A DNA stretch of 64,000 bases from Klebsormidium nitens. Lineage: Eukaryota; Plantae; Klebsormidiophyceae. Of this stretch, positions 35,803-47,800 are shown one piece after another. The DNA lies in assembly GCA_000708835.1 (NCBI GenBank), contig DF237336.1, positions 25,454 through 89,453 of the forward strand, read 5' to 3'. The first letter of the stretch is position 1; each line of letters opens with the position of its first letter. Both the position numbers and the translations under genes were made by a program. The notes beneath the pieces were generated by a model, which had not been told where the DNA came from, did not search any database, and was given only the letters and a program-made list of their open reading frames with translations.

Positions 35803-37629
35803 TCTACGGGACGCCGTTGCTTTATTGCCAGGGAAGCAGCCACCAAACAGCGTTCCTTCAACCTTGCAATCTCCAAACTTCAGAAGCTTCCCTTCGACAA
35901 ATCTTTCTCCTTTTGAGCAGATTGGCTGTGTCTGGAAGCAGGCTGGTACGTCACACGAGCGCCACGAGCGCCAGACTTGAGCTGCTTGGCTCCAAGCTTG
36001 TCTGCCTCGTCAAGATGGTGATCGTCTGCGTCAGGCATCCCCGACAGCGGGCACCTGGCACGGCGCCGCATACCTAGGCATGTTTTTGGTCGCCCCTATT
36101 TCTGCCCGGTTGATGATTCAATCTTTTGGCTTGACTTCGGAGTCGTACCTATGACGAAAAGACTGCGCTTCTGCGGGCTTCAACCGGGCCCACAGGCGGG
36201 TTCTGGCGCACTTGTAATCATTATAGACTTTCTTGAACCAAATAGGGTGAGCTGACCTACGGTAGCTGGTTACGAGTTGGCTGTCGGGACCACTAACCCA
36301 CCTACTTCTCCCTCGATTCCTTCCGGTGGTGGCTCACTGGTTAGAAGATAGGTTGAGAACATACCATTTTGGTTTGGGCATGGTCAACTACTGCTGAGAA
36401 TCTTGATTGGCAGGCTTTGCTCCAATCAAAGAATCCAAAACCGTTCCAGGCTCCAGAAACATCCACGTGGTGGCCATGTGACCCATAGAAGTTTGTCTGA
36501 CAGATACCCAAATCTTCGGAGGAGTAAAACTTTTGGAGCCGTCGGATTCGGATTGTCAGCAGAATATGGACGACGAAACGTATTTTCAGTAGCCCGCATG
36601 TTTGGCTGCCGGCATGTGCCCACGGCCCTGCCAAGGTCGTTTACGCGCGCACTAAATACACTCAGGCCGCGCTGGCAGCGGGCGCGCAAACCCCGGTGGG
36701 GCGCCGGGGCCGCAGGCGACTCGCCGAGGGCCGCGTCCGGCGCGGCCCGGACCGTGACAGCCAGTTGGCGCGACCTTGCATTTCCCCCCAACTCCTCCTG
36801 GGTGCTCGCCCGCCGGATAAGCTATCGGCCATAGGGCCCGGAGCTTCCAGGAAGGTCCCCAGCCCCGACCATTACCACGCAGAGCCAGACCGTTGCCGCC
36901 TTGTGACCATTTACGAGACCCCTGCCCGCCCGGAAATATTGTGTATTGGGTCTTGCATAGGCATCGAGCCTGCCGTTCCTGAATGAAACGCTTCTGTGAC
37001 GGTTTTTACCGATTTAGAGCAGCCTTTTGCACTCTTTCTAACCCACATAATCGAGCGCTACATCCCTCCGTTTTTCCACTTTCTCTGCTGACTTTCACAG
37101 AAAAGGAGCCTCCTCATGCTGGGCTCTTGCAGTTGAAAGCACTCCCTGGCGATCTCGGGCCTGGGCCTTCTATGCAATCTTGAGTCATGCATGGGCTCCA
37201 ACGACGGAAAACCTGGCGACCGGTACGAAAATACTCACGGGCAGATGGGCACCGGCGCACTGTACGTTATCGAAATCGAACGCAGCCAAAACCGGGCACG
37301 TGCGCGGGCCCCCCAAAGCGGCGCCATACGGCGGATTTGACCCCCAAATGATCACTGGTCACACATGCTTTTTGTAAGTCCACGCAGGACCCGGTCGCCG
37401 ATGGTAATTAATTTCGGCTGGAAAAGTTGGGTCGGTCACACTACCGGGTACCGGCCGGGGCTGCCAGTGGCCTGGTCGGGCAATTGCCACGTGACGCACT
37501 ACCTGCTGGGCTGGTCAGGCCGGCCAGGCTGCCAGGACAAACACCCGGCGGTGAATCCAGGCGGCTGGTGGCGGAGTTTTCTGGCGAACCGACCCGGCGG
37601 CCTGGCTAGCGATTATTGTTTAGTGTGAT

Positions 37630-37661
37630 ATTGTTTTATTGTTTTATTGTTTTATTGTTTT
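37630..37661. repeat. (ATTGTTTT)x4 short tandem repeat
   Basis: Four perfect 8-bp units directly after a GC-rich stretch. Confidence 0.9.
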
Positions 37662-38230
37662 GCCTACTTTTCAGGCATGTGTGACCAGTGTAGTCTGGCT
37701 GCGCCACCCCCCTACGGGGGGAGGCATAGTAGCCAATATGGATCATACACTTCTGAGAGAAAGCGAACATGAATTGGAATTTTCCAAGCTCCTATGCACT
37801 TATACCCCTAGCGCACCTCCAGCCAACAACGAGTGATCTACCTTATCTTCTTGCAGCTCACAACTATGCATGCATGCACGAGCTGCGGGCCACGTGCATA
37901 CATGTGAGATTTGTAGCAGCGCCGGGTATGCTCCTCGGGGTACCATCTGCGTACGCCCGGCCCGGCCGCGCAGTCACAGCCTGGCAGCACATTGCACATG
38001 CATCATGGCTGGCGGCATTGTGTGTTGCACATGCAATGAGTGTATATACTGATTGAGCCGATTGGCGCGACCTTACAACGACTCCCATCCAACTCACTGG
38101 CATGCGGAGACTCGCCTATCACATAAGCCATCCGCTTTAAAGGCCTGGCATGCGCGACTGAGGGCCAGGCACTAGATTTACCCTCACCGCGCTCTGACGT
38201 CCTGTTCCCATCCAATTCAGAGTTCAAGCC

Positions 38231-38286
38231 TGAGCCTTTCAATCAATCCGATCCTAAGTGAGCCTTTCAATCAATCCGATCCTAAG
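38231..38286. repeat. Perfect 28-bp tandem duplication
   Basis: TGAGCCTTTCAATCAATCCGATCCTAAG occurs twice, head to tail. Confidence 0.95.
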
Positions 38287-38877
38287 AATTACAAAGCAGT
38301 CCCTCATGCTGAGTATGGTGGAGCCAAGAGTGCAGACCCAAGAATGAGAAGGTACTTGATGGGATGACCCGAGCACTCAGTAAGTATTTGGTAATTGGCT
38401 GTAGCACGCCTAGTCGCAAGAATCGCTGGGGCAACATAATCACTGCATGGGACATACATCTGTATGCCAAACCGGACATGTGGTTGTTCCCCCGTTCGTG
38501 GGTTTCATCTTCATTTCGAAAACCAATTTGCACTGCTGAATCCTGTGCCTGTATTGAGGGCGCAAAGCGAGGCCCCTTGAGCATGTTCAATGCATCATTA
38601 CTACCAAGCTCGCTTCAATCTACTGCAATCCGACTGAGGTTGCTAGCGTGGCCCAGTAATCGACGCTAAGAATGGGCACCTATGCAAACGAAACTAGCAA
38701 AGAGCAGAAAGTGGTTTAAGCTGCTGTCTCGCTTGCATTGATGTATGGCAAGAGCTCGTGAAGCAGATTCTCACGACGTCCGGATGATTACCTTCAGCTT
38801 ACGAAGTACATGTTGCCGTACACGCAACTTGCGCTCTTGAATAATTGCTCTCCGCACTCCAAACTCCTTCAACTCGG

Positions 38878-41431
38878 TCAACACTCGTTAGAATACTCTT
38901 CCATGATGGAAGCTTCCAATCCCTTATCATCTAGCATGACCATCCTCTTCTTGATACTCCGCTCTACTTCCTCCTCCGCCGCCTCCAGCTTGCGCTTGAC
39001 GTCAGGCCAGGTCCATTCGCAAACCCTCTCACCAACCGCGCACCGCAAAAGGCCCTCAACCAATTGCAATGGCTCGATCCTGACCCCCGATTCATGCCCT
39101 GGGACGAATGTCCGCACCTGTAAGCAAGCAATATCTCTAGATCTAGAGTATTCAGTTGAATCTTGTCATAAGGAGTGCTACGCTCCCAAGTCTTATTGCT
39201 CAATCAACTTTATACCCCATATGTACTCTCCTCTAGCACAATCCCGTGTTCCTTCTTGAGTACCTTGCACTGAGAAAAAGTCATTGGGGTGACTGAACAT
39301 GACCTTCTTTGATCCAGCAATGAAGACAAGATTGGGTCACCTCTTGCATGCTGTAGAGCGTTCCCACCGGGTACACCTTCGCCTCGGGCTTCGCATCGTA
39401 CGTCTGGCGCAGCACTTGCCGCTGCCACTCGACTCTCTTCCTGATCCACGCCTTGTCGTCGGAACTGAAGTTGAGGAGGGACGCTTCGATGATGAAGCCG
39501 TCCTCCCCTATCTTGTATGTGCCTGCAGCGATTGTGGAGAAGTCAATGACGTGAGGGGAGAGCAGAAAACAGCCAGTGAAAAGCTCTACATTAAGCCAAG
39601 AGAACCATCTTCAATCTGGGCAACACTAGAACAAAAACTTAACCAGCTTTGCCAGTTCAGTGGTAACCTCATCAGAAACAACCATTGAAGGTTGCCTGAT
39701 CCTCCACAAATGTGAGGCTATCTAGTGCCGCCACATCAACACGACTCAAGATGCATGCATTCTGATCGTCGAAACATTGACCGAGTGAGCTAGGCAGAGC
39801 GACCTTGTGCTCAAGTGCCTGCCACACACACAATCCTGACTCTTGTAGCTTCCACATCATCCAGACCTGCGGCAGACCCATCTTGCGACATCAATTAGAG
39901 AAGACTGGCTGGAAGTCATCCAATGGCCTTACCCTTAAGCTGAAACACCTCCCCCGCCCACTCCTTTAGATTAAAGCACAGACCGTAGATTGCTGACAGT
40001 CTCGCTGGCACTTTCTGTCCGTTCAACAGCGCATGGATGACCATGTACTTCGTCAGCTGCCAACGTCCCCCCGGCCCGTCCGCCCAATTCTGCCATGATA
40101 TGACAGAAGGGGTTTCAAATCAGGGTACTTTAGCTTGCAGAATCCATATTGAGCAGAACAAAAGAACCCTTCAAAGCAAACCTTCTATTTTGCAACTAAG
40201 GCCCTGCATTCTCCCCTGCATCTTTTGCGGGGCCCATCCAAAGAACTGCAACATTGAGGTGCTAAGATACCTGCACCATATTGAAACTGCTGAGGGGTTG
40301 TCACACCTCAATTTCCATGCTCATCTGCATCACCCTGAACTTGTCCTTCACGAAAGAGCAAAGATCAGAAATCATAAGCCTCCAAATTCACCAAATGCAC
40401 ATGGCCAATACGCCGGAAAAGATGAACGCACCTTCAGAAGGAATGCTTTCATCTCCCAGATAAGCTTCGCACAGGTTGCATACTTGCGCGAACAGCCGGC
40501 TCGTCTGATCGCCTTGTCGATGACACTGGCGAGCCAGTCCATGCTCTGGCGTCCAATGCCTTCCGTCGATTCGTGTTCCCACTCCGGCCCCCTGGAGCTG
40601 CCGGGTGAGTCGTCCTTGCTTGCTGCTTGTTCCTCTGTTGTTCCAGCACCAGCAGCCGCAGGGGGTGTAGTTCGCTCCTCCTTTGCAGAGACCTGCGAAT
40701 GTTGGATCATGAACCACGACATTAGAGGAGGACATTAGACGTGGAAAGCACGGGCCCAACAAGCAATGAGCAGCTTCCAATCTGCCTGTAGGCCAGCCAA
40801 AGTGGTCAAAAAATCTAGAAACGCAAGCACAAGCGTGAGAAGCTCAGCTAAGGTGCGCAAGAGGTTGACTCAACAACGAGAATGACACGTTATGCGCTTG
40901 TTGAGAATTTTCACAACAGAACGTATCCAGCTTCCTTTCAAAGGGACGCTTGCGCACATGAATCCATGCGTCTTTCTGGAATGAATCTTTTCAATCCTTC
41001 GAAGAGAAGACAACGCCTCTACGCCAACCAAAAGAAACAAAGTCGTTGGAGAGCCTCTGAGCAAGCATATGAGTCACCTCTGGTGGCGCATCCACGCCTT
41101 CTTTGAAAGATGCACTGTCGTCTTCAGCGCCTTCAGCTTCGTCCACATCAGGCATGGCCAACTGACTCAGCAGAGTGACTAGCCCTTGAGTCCTGGTGCG
41201 ATTGTTCATCTCGCCCCCAGTCGTTTTGACCACGTTTGCTGACCGTTCTAAGTCCCTTTGCATGAGTCTGCAAATCTCTTTCAACAGTGTGAAGTCCTTG
41301 ACTCTGCCGCCCTCCCACGGGTTGTGTCGAAGATCCTTAGATCTCCTGAGCCGAATGCAGGGCCAATTCTGCTCAAAGATCTCCTGGTTCCAAGAGCTCG
41401 CTGGAACGTTGAAGGGCGACTTCAACGCCAT
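38878..41431 (-). CDS. Multi-exon hypothetical protein, family not recognised
   Basis: Phase-compatible exons: MALKSPFNV..GVDAPPE|, EERTTPP..WEMKAFLLK|, VWMMWKLQESG..DQATFN|, GTYKIGEDGFIIEASLL..LYSMQE|, CKVLKKEHGIVLEESTYG| and VRTFVPG..EEYSNEC*. Not every junction was verified. Confidence 0.55.
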
Positions 41432-41527
41432 CTTCTTACTTCAGGCGCAGACCAACTTGTGAAGCCTGAAGGTTCGGTACGGGTTGGGTATAGGAATGCT
41501 GGACCACATAGCCACCGCGGGAGGCTA

Positions 41528-41737
41528 CCGTAGTGGCACGACTCATTCACACCACCCTCCCTCGAATAATTATTTTTTCCACTTTTCAGTTTTCACACCT
41601 GCCAAAACTCGATTTTGAGATTTTCTTTTTTGGTTGTTAACCCGGTCAAAAAGGGTTTTTTGACGCTTGATCAAGCCGCTAGCCTCACACAAGGCTAAAA
41701 TAGCTATTTATGGTGTGAATGAGTCGTGCCACTACGG
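41528..41737. mobile_element. 210-bp MITE with 27-bp perfect TIRs and TA target-site duplication (Tc1/mariner/pogo-like)
   Basis: Left TIR CCGTAGTGGCACGACTCATTCACACCA (41528-41554) is the exact reverse complement of 41711-41737. TA flanks both ends (41526-27 and 41738-39). The interior is AT-rich and non-coding. Confidence 0.9.
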
Positions 41738-41921
41738 TACGTCCAGCATGCAGTGAGACTGGCAGTGAAGCTCAGCTGGCTCGATCGCGACGCGAACGCC
41801 GAAGGCCAAGGGACAGCAAGCCTGCTATATGAAGGTCGGTGGTAAATCTGGGCCACTCACAGGCCACAGGCCACTCTCAGCCTGAAGCTAATGAGAGTTT
41901 GCGCGGCGGACATCAAAAGGC

Positions 41922-44660
41922 ATGGTCAGCTTGCAAGTATGGCGTGAGGTGGCCGCAGCTCAAGGTGTTGGCAGAATGCTGGGTGCATTGCTGGCATGTG
42001 CCCTGTACTTTGCTTCTTCTAGAAACTTCGCAAGGCGACTCAGAAACCAGGTCACCAGTACAGGTGGCGCTGGCAAGATCTGGCGTTGTGCGGCGCCCTG
42101 CGGCAGAGCTTGTACCTGCTTCATATGCTGCCAGGTGTCCCAAGAAGCAAGAAGATGCTTCTATGAGTCAGCATCTAGTCAGCAGTTGGTGACTCAGCAC
42201 AATTGGCGGCGGCATCCAATGGCGCTCTCCGACGTCCTGTGGCAGAGTTCAGAGCTCTGTCTGATGGGGTTCCATGATCCCCAGTCTCAATTTCCAGATA
42301 GAGAAAGAGTTCACTTTCTGGAGGAGCATTGTCAGGAGCTCAGGAGCTGGCAGTCTGCGCTCGGCGCATCGCGCACTCTCACGCCTGGACATGCGCAGGT
42401 GAGTAACTTGTGTTTCGTGTATCTCTCTGACATGTGAAGGATGCACTTCTGGAAACGACCGCACGCTCAGAGAATGCTAGCCTGCATCAAAAATCATACT
42501 AGATGCTTGATTCTACACACGTTCACAGCCTCGCGCAAGTCAGGCTTGCACGTGCGATTCTCTGGCATGGGTTTGTCCTTGCACAAAAGTATACCGGGTC
42601 TTTGGTCTCAAGCAGGGACAGGTCATGAAGCTGATGTTGGCTTTGACTATGATCCATTGAATGCTTTTCTGTATGCAGGTTGATTGCCTGCGAAACGGAG
42701 AGTCTGTGGTCAGCCGCGCCGCGCATTGGGCTTCGAGGTAAGCCCCGTGCCTAAGCTTATCCGCTGATTTGACTGGCAGCCCTGCACAGTTGCAGGCTCA
42801 CAGGATTGTGCTGTCAGAGCGCGAGTCGCATTGCTGTCGTCCACCTTCATCAGAATGTTCACCCAAGATTGGTTGCTCGTCAATACGCCTTCAAACTCCG
42901 AGGGTCCCGCGGGAAATTGAATGGTCATACTTCTTGCAGATGGCAGAGACAAGTATACTGCTGCAGCACAAGTCAGCAGCCTCTCATGACAAGAAAGGCG
43001 CTCCTACCGCTGAAGTGCTGCCTTTCTCTGTGGTGAGCCCACCAGACTTGTTGGCTCGAGTTTGCTGCCTGGTTAGTCAAGTCCTGGGACAAGGCATGGA
43101 CCAAGAAAGACATACTTGCAGTGTTGACAAATTGCATTGCTGATATGCCTAAAGCAGTCCCTGTGCCAGGTACTTCCAAGGCTGTGTTCTGCTGCGGTGG
43201 TTGGCGAGAGGATCTTTAGTGTGGTTGAGGGAAGTGATGCAGAGACCAGTCTTTTGCATGCTTTTGCCGCTCTTCTGTCCTTATCTCTAACCCTCCTTCT
43301 GCAGGTTGGAAGCAGACCGGCGGAGGAAGCCGCTCAGTGCTCATCTGGCGTCTCGCCCAATTCGAGCAATCCCCCGGTCGCCCCCGTGCATGAGGTGGGG
43401 GGCGGCGCAGACGATGGCGCGGAAGTCAAGACAGGTCCTGCGAGCACTTGGGTAAGGCCAGGTTGATTGCAAGTCAAAAGTTCCGCCTTGAAAGTCCAAA
43501 GTGCTTATATCTACGAGGCAACTTTTGACTGCTAGCCGCCACTGCTCGCAACGTTCATCAGGATCATGGGTGGGATGGCCTTGAAGACAAGTCAAAAGTC
43601 TCTCTTTCGAAGGCTGATATGCTTAAATTTACGAGGGAAGTTTTGACTAGTGGGCGCCACCGCTGACACCATTTTCAGAAGACGGCTGGGCCGGGAGTCA
43701 ATTTTCCTATCCTGGAAGGCTGAGATGCTTGTATCTGCGAGGGGTGTTTTGTTTGGTGGGCGCTGCCGCTGAACACGTTCACCAAGGCTCATGGATGGAA
43801 TGGTTTTGGGGCTCTTGCAAGTCAGAAGTTCTCTTTTAGAAGACTCGAATGCTTATATCTGTAGGGCAACTTTGACTGATCAGCGACACCTCTTACAACA
43901 TTGATAGAATCGGTGGCCACAGGAGTCAAAAGCTCTATCGAGACATTCCTGAACATACTCATGAGTGCGGGGATTTTTTGACTCGTGGGCGCTGCCGCCC
44001 CAATTTTTTTCAGGTTCATGGGTGGTATGGCCATGAGCTCTGCCAGTCAGAAGTTCTGTCTTGATAGTCTGTGCTGCTTATACCTTCAAGGGGTGTTTTG
44101 ACTGCTGGGCGTTGTTTTCAAGGATCAGGGGCGGAATGGTTTGAAGCTCTGCAAGTCAAAAGTTCTCTCTTAGAAGACTCGAATGCTTACATCTGCGGGG
44201 CAAATTTTGACTGGTCAGTGCCATCGCTGCCGATGTTCTGTAGCATCGAGGGTAGGTTGGCCTTGGCCCTAATATGTCCCTACACCCTCTCTTTAGAGTT
44301 GTGCACCAACCTTCCACTCCACAATGAGTGCACGTTAGTTCCTTCGCTCATGACTTGAGATCTGACGCATCGTACCTCCGTTGGCCCCTTTGCAGGACAC
44401 ATCCGGCGCACCATGCTGCGCCGCTCACCCGCTGTCAGACATCAGAGCGCTCGTGGCGAGCGCGGCCAGAGGCTTCCTCACCAGCTCAAAGCGAGGCCAC
44501 CGCATCTTTCGGAAGGTGGCGGGAAGCCTGTGCCGCCGTGCTAAAAAGGAGCTCGGCTCTGCAGGCCTTCTTTGGTCGAAGGCTGCCTGGGATGGGGGCC
44601 TGCCCGATATCAATTTCGCACACCATCTCTGCTTCGGTAGAGTATTTGCCTCCTGTTGGT
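41922..44660 (+). CDS. Probable additional spliced exons, possibly the 5' part of the primase-helicase gene
   Basis: Coding-like segments ending in strong donors: ..TPGHAQ|gtgagt at about 42398 and ..GPASTW|gtaagg at about 43451. An acceptor ttgcag lies at about 44395. The link to the primase exon was not established. Confidence 0.35.
43469..44215. repeat. Repeat family A, array 1: about 7 degenerate 105-125-bp units, each with a dyad AGTCAAAAGTT..AACTTTTGACT
   Basis: Units start near 43469, 43587, 43693, 43817, 43922, 44043 and 44150. The first unit has a perfect 11-bp inverted repeat (43472-43482 / 43520-43530) with a 37-bp spacer containing TGCTTATA. Confidence 0.85.
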
Positions 44661-44857
44661 TAAGGGGCGGGAATTTCTCTCTCAACTTTAACCCTGGGTT
44701 GAGTGCGCTCCCGCCAAGAAGCGCAAACAGTTGAGCGACTCGTGGTGGTTCCTGAGAAGCAGGCTCACACGAATCCTTAGGCTAGCGTGCATGTGGAAGG
44801 CGATGCTGGTCCAGTTGCACAATCCGCTGATCGTTTCTCAAACTTTGAACTCTGCAG

Positions 44858-47800
44858 AGGCACACGACGACAATCTATGGCCAACACTGGTTCAAGAGCA
44901 AGGAGAGTCCGACCGGCCGGGGCCCGAAGGACCTCGCCGTGGCCTGGAAGACCCTCCACGGCCACGACATCCTCATCGCCGCTGACATCGCGCGAGATTC
45001 TGGTGCCAAGATGTTCACCAGCTTCCAGAACGTTCCTGAGCTGCTGGCGTACTGCGCACGTCTCGGGGGCCAGAGCAAGCACCTGTACGAGTGCCTGCTC
45101 GAAGAGACCCCCTCGCTGCTCTACTACGACCTGGACTACTACGTGCCATCAAGCCTGTGCGCGAGCGACTCCGAGGGGGTGATCAGGGCGCGGGACGCAG
45201 AGTTTGCTGAGCGGAAGCGGCACTTCAAGCGACTTAGGGACGGCTTTTTGGAGGCGGTTCTGGGGTTACCGGAAGAGGCGGTCCGGTTCGAGGAGAGCAC
45301 GGCACACGGAGAGGTCCCGGGGGGTTTCCGGTTCAGCGTCCATGGGGTGCTCAAGGGGTTCTGCCTTGAGGACCGCCGAGCGCGGGGCCTATTTGCAAAG
45401 GCATTCGACCACTTCCTAAAGAACCCGCCCCCGCAGCTGGCGCGCAGCGCCGAGTTCGTCTGGACGGAAGATCAGCGGGGCCGCCCAAAACTGATCTGGG
45501 ATGGCTCGGTCTACTCCAAGTTCCAGAACTGGCGCATGCTGCGTTCGAGTAAGAAGGGGAGCGGTCGCGTCCTCGAGCCAAGCGAGGGCAGCTCGGAGCT
45601 GATTGCGGACCATCTGGCGGGGCTCTACTCGGCAGCGGAGCGGCAGCGCTGCGCCCAGTTAGACGCGGCGCGCCTGGAGGCGTACCTCCAGCAGCATGCG
45701 CCCACCTTGTCTCGACCACCGCGTCCCACGATGCGGGTGAGAGATACGGGCCAGCCGGTAGATGGCGGGCAGAGTTTGGCGGACCTGTGTGAGCAGGAGC
45801 AGCGCGTGCTGGTGGAGTGCTATCAGCAGGAGCACCCCGGCGCTACGCCCGCGCGCGTTCACGTCGTCGGCGCGGGGGTCTTCACGGTCCACTTCGACGT
45901 GCCGGAGCCCATGTGTCTCCTCGCCGGCCGTCCGCACATGTCCCCGGGCAACAACAACACGTACCTGCTCTACCGGCGGTCCAGGCCCGGGGTGGCATTA
46001 TACAAGTGCCACTCCGCCTCGTGCAGGTGAGCGATTGCAGGCGACGGTGGTCATTTGGTTCGATATCGAGCTACCGAGCAGTCTGGTCCATGAAGCGTGT
46101 TTTTTATGGAGAGCCCAAGCTAGACGGTCGAATATTGGTTCAAGTCGCCAAAGTGTATGCGTTCGAATCAGCTGCTGTCAATAGCATTGTAGGGTGATGC
46201 TAGGATACTTCAGGGTCGATAGTCACAGGGTTCGTCCTGGCACTCTGTAATTCCGGCAGTCAGTCAAAACTTCCCGTCAAAGTATAAGCATTGCAGCTTT
46301 TCAGGGTGGAACTTTTGACTAGATTGGCCAAGCCCGGCCATACCTCGTCGTTCATGAGAATTTCGTGACTAACAGCATGGATCAGTCAAAACTTCCCGTC
46401 GAAGTATAAGCATTGCAGCGTTCTAGGTGGGAACTCTTGACTCGCAAGCAAGCCCGGCCATTCCTGGTCGTTCACGAGATTTCGGGACTAACAGCGTGGG
46501 TCAATCAAAACTTCCCGTCGAGACATAAGCATTGCAGCCTTCCACGGCGGAACTCTTGACTCGCAAGCAAGCCCGGCCATTCCTTGTCGCTCGTGAGACT
46601 CTGTGGCAGCGCGGACCAGTCAAAACTTCCCGTCCAGATATAAGCATTGCAGCCTTCCAGGTGGGAACTCTTGACTCGCAAGCAAGCCCGACCATACCTT
46701 GTCGCTCGTGAGCGTTCCAGGTGGACACTTTTGACTCGCAAGCAAGCCCGACCGTCCCTTCCGTTTGAGAATTACCCTTCGAGCTAAAGCGTGTACCCTC
46801 TCGTTGTGTAGCGGAGTTGCACGTCTTCTCCATTTGGAGACGGGGCAAATCACGGGCTGGACGGAGGACTACGTCAAGGTGGACGGCATGCGCCCCTATC
46901 CGCTCTTCTCCATCGACTCCCCCGCCAAAAACACGATCCTGGCGGCGGCCAACAAGGGAATTGGGAAGTCGAAGGAGGGGAACGGCTGGCTGGAGAGGCT
47001 GCTACAGAGATTCAAGTTTGCAAACTTCGTCATGGTCGCGGCCAACGTCACGCTCGCCCGCAAGTATGCGGAGGATCTGGCGCGGCACGGCATCGAGGCC
47101 ACGCTCTACCTCGATCTGCCTGGAAGGATTAACGACGAAAGGGTCGTTGTCTGCATAAACTCCCTCCCCAGGCTAGCTGCGAGCTTTGACGTGGTCATCA
47201 TGGACGAGATGGACATGATCCTGTCCAACATGAACTCGGACGTCATGGCCTGCAAAAAGAGGGTCTTCTTGGCGCTGGAAGGGGCGACGCGGCACGCCAA
47301 GATCGTGCTTGGCATGGACGCCAACATCGGCAGCCCCCGAGTCATGCAGTGGCTGCACATGGTACGGCCAGATGCTGCTCTGCACACGATTCGCAACCGC
47401 GGGGTGTACCCAGGTGAACGGAAGGCCACAATCAAGTACATCCCCGCGTCCATGCGCTTCCAGAAGGACCCCTACGGCCCGACCATTGCTGAGACGATGG
47501 CCTGCCTGCAGAGAGGCGAGCACGTAATAGTGAGTCTTTCCTAGCACCCACTGACCCCTTTGTGGCGCAAGAGCACAAACGAACTTTTACCCCGCTCCTC
47601 ACCTCTAGAGCCCGAGGAGGATTTGAATATGTGCTTCTAGTTCGTGCCAGTAGTCTACGCCCCATCCACCTTTGCTTATTTTAGATCGACGGGGGACTCT
47701 TGACGCTCGCTTCTGTTTCTCTCTTTCAAATGTTCTGGTGAAACTGAAAGCATTCGAAGTAGACGCCCAAAAAGACCATCAGGATTGCTCTACCCTCACG

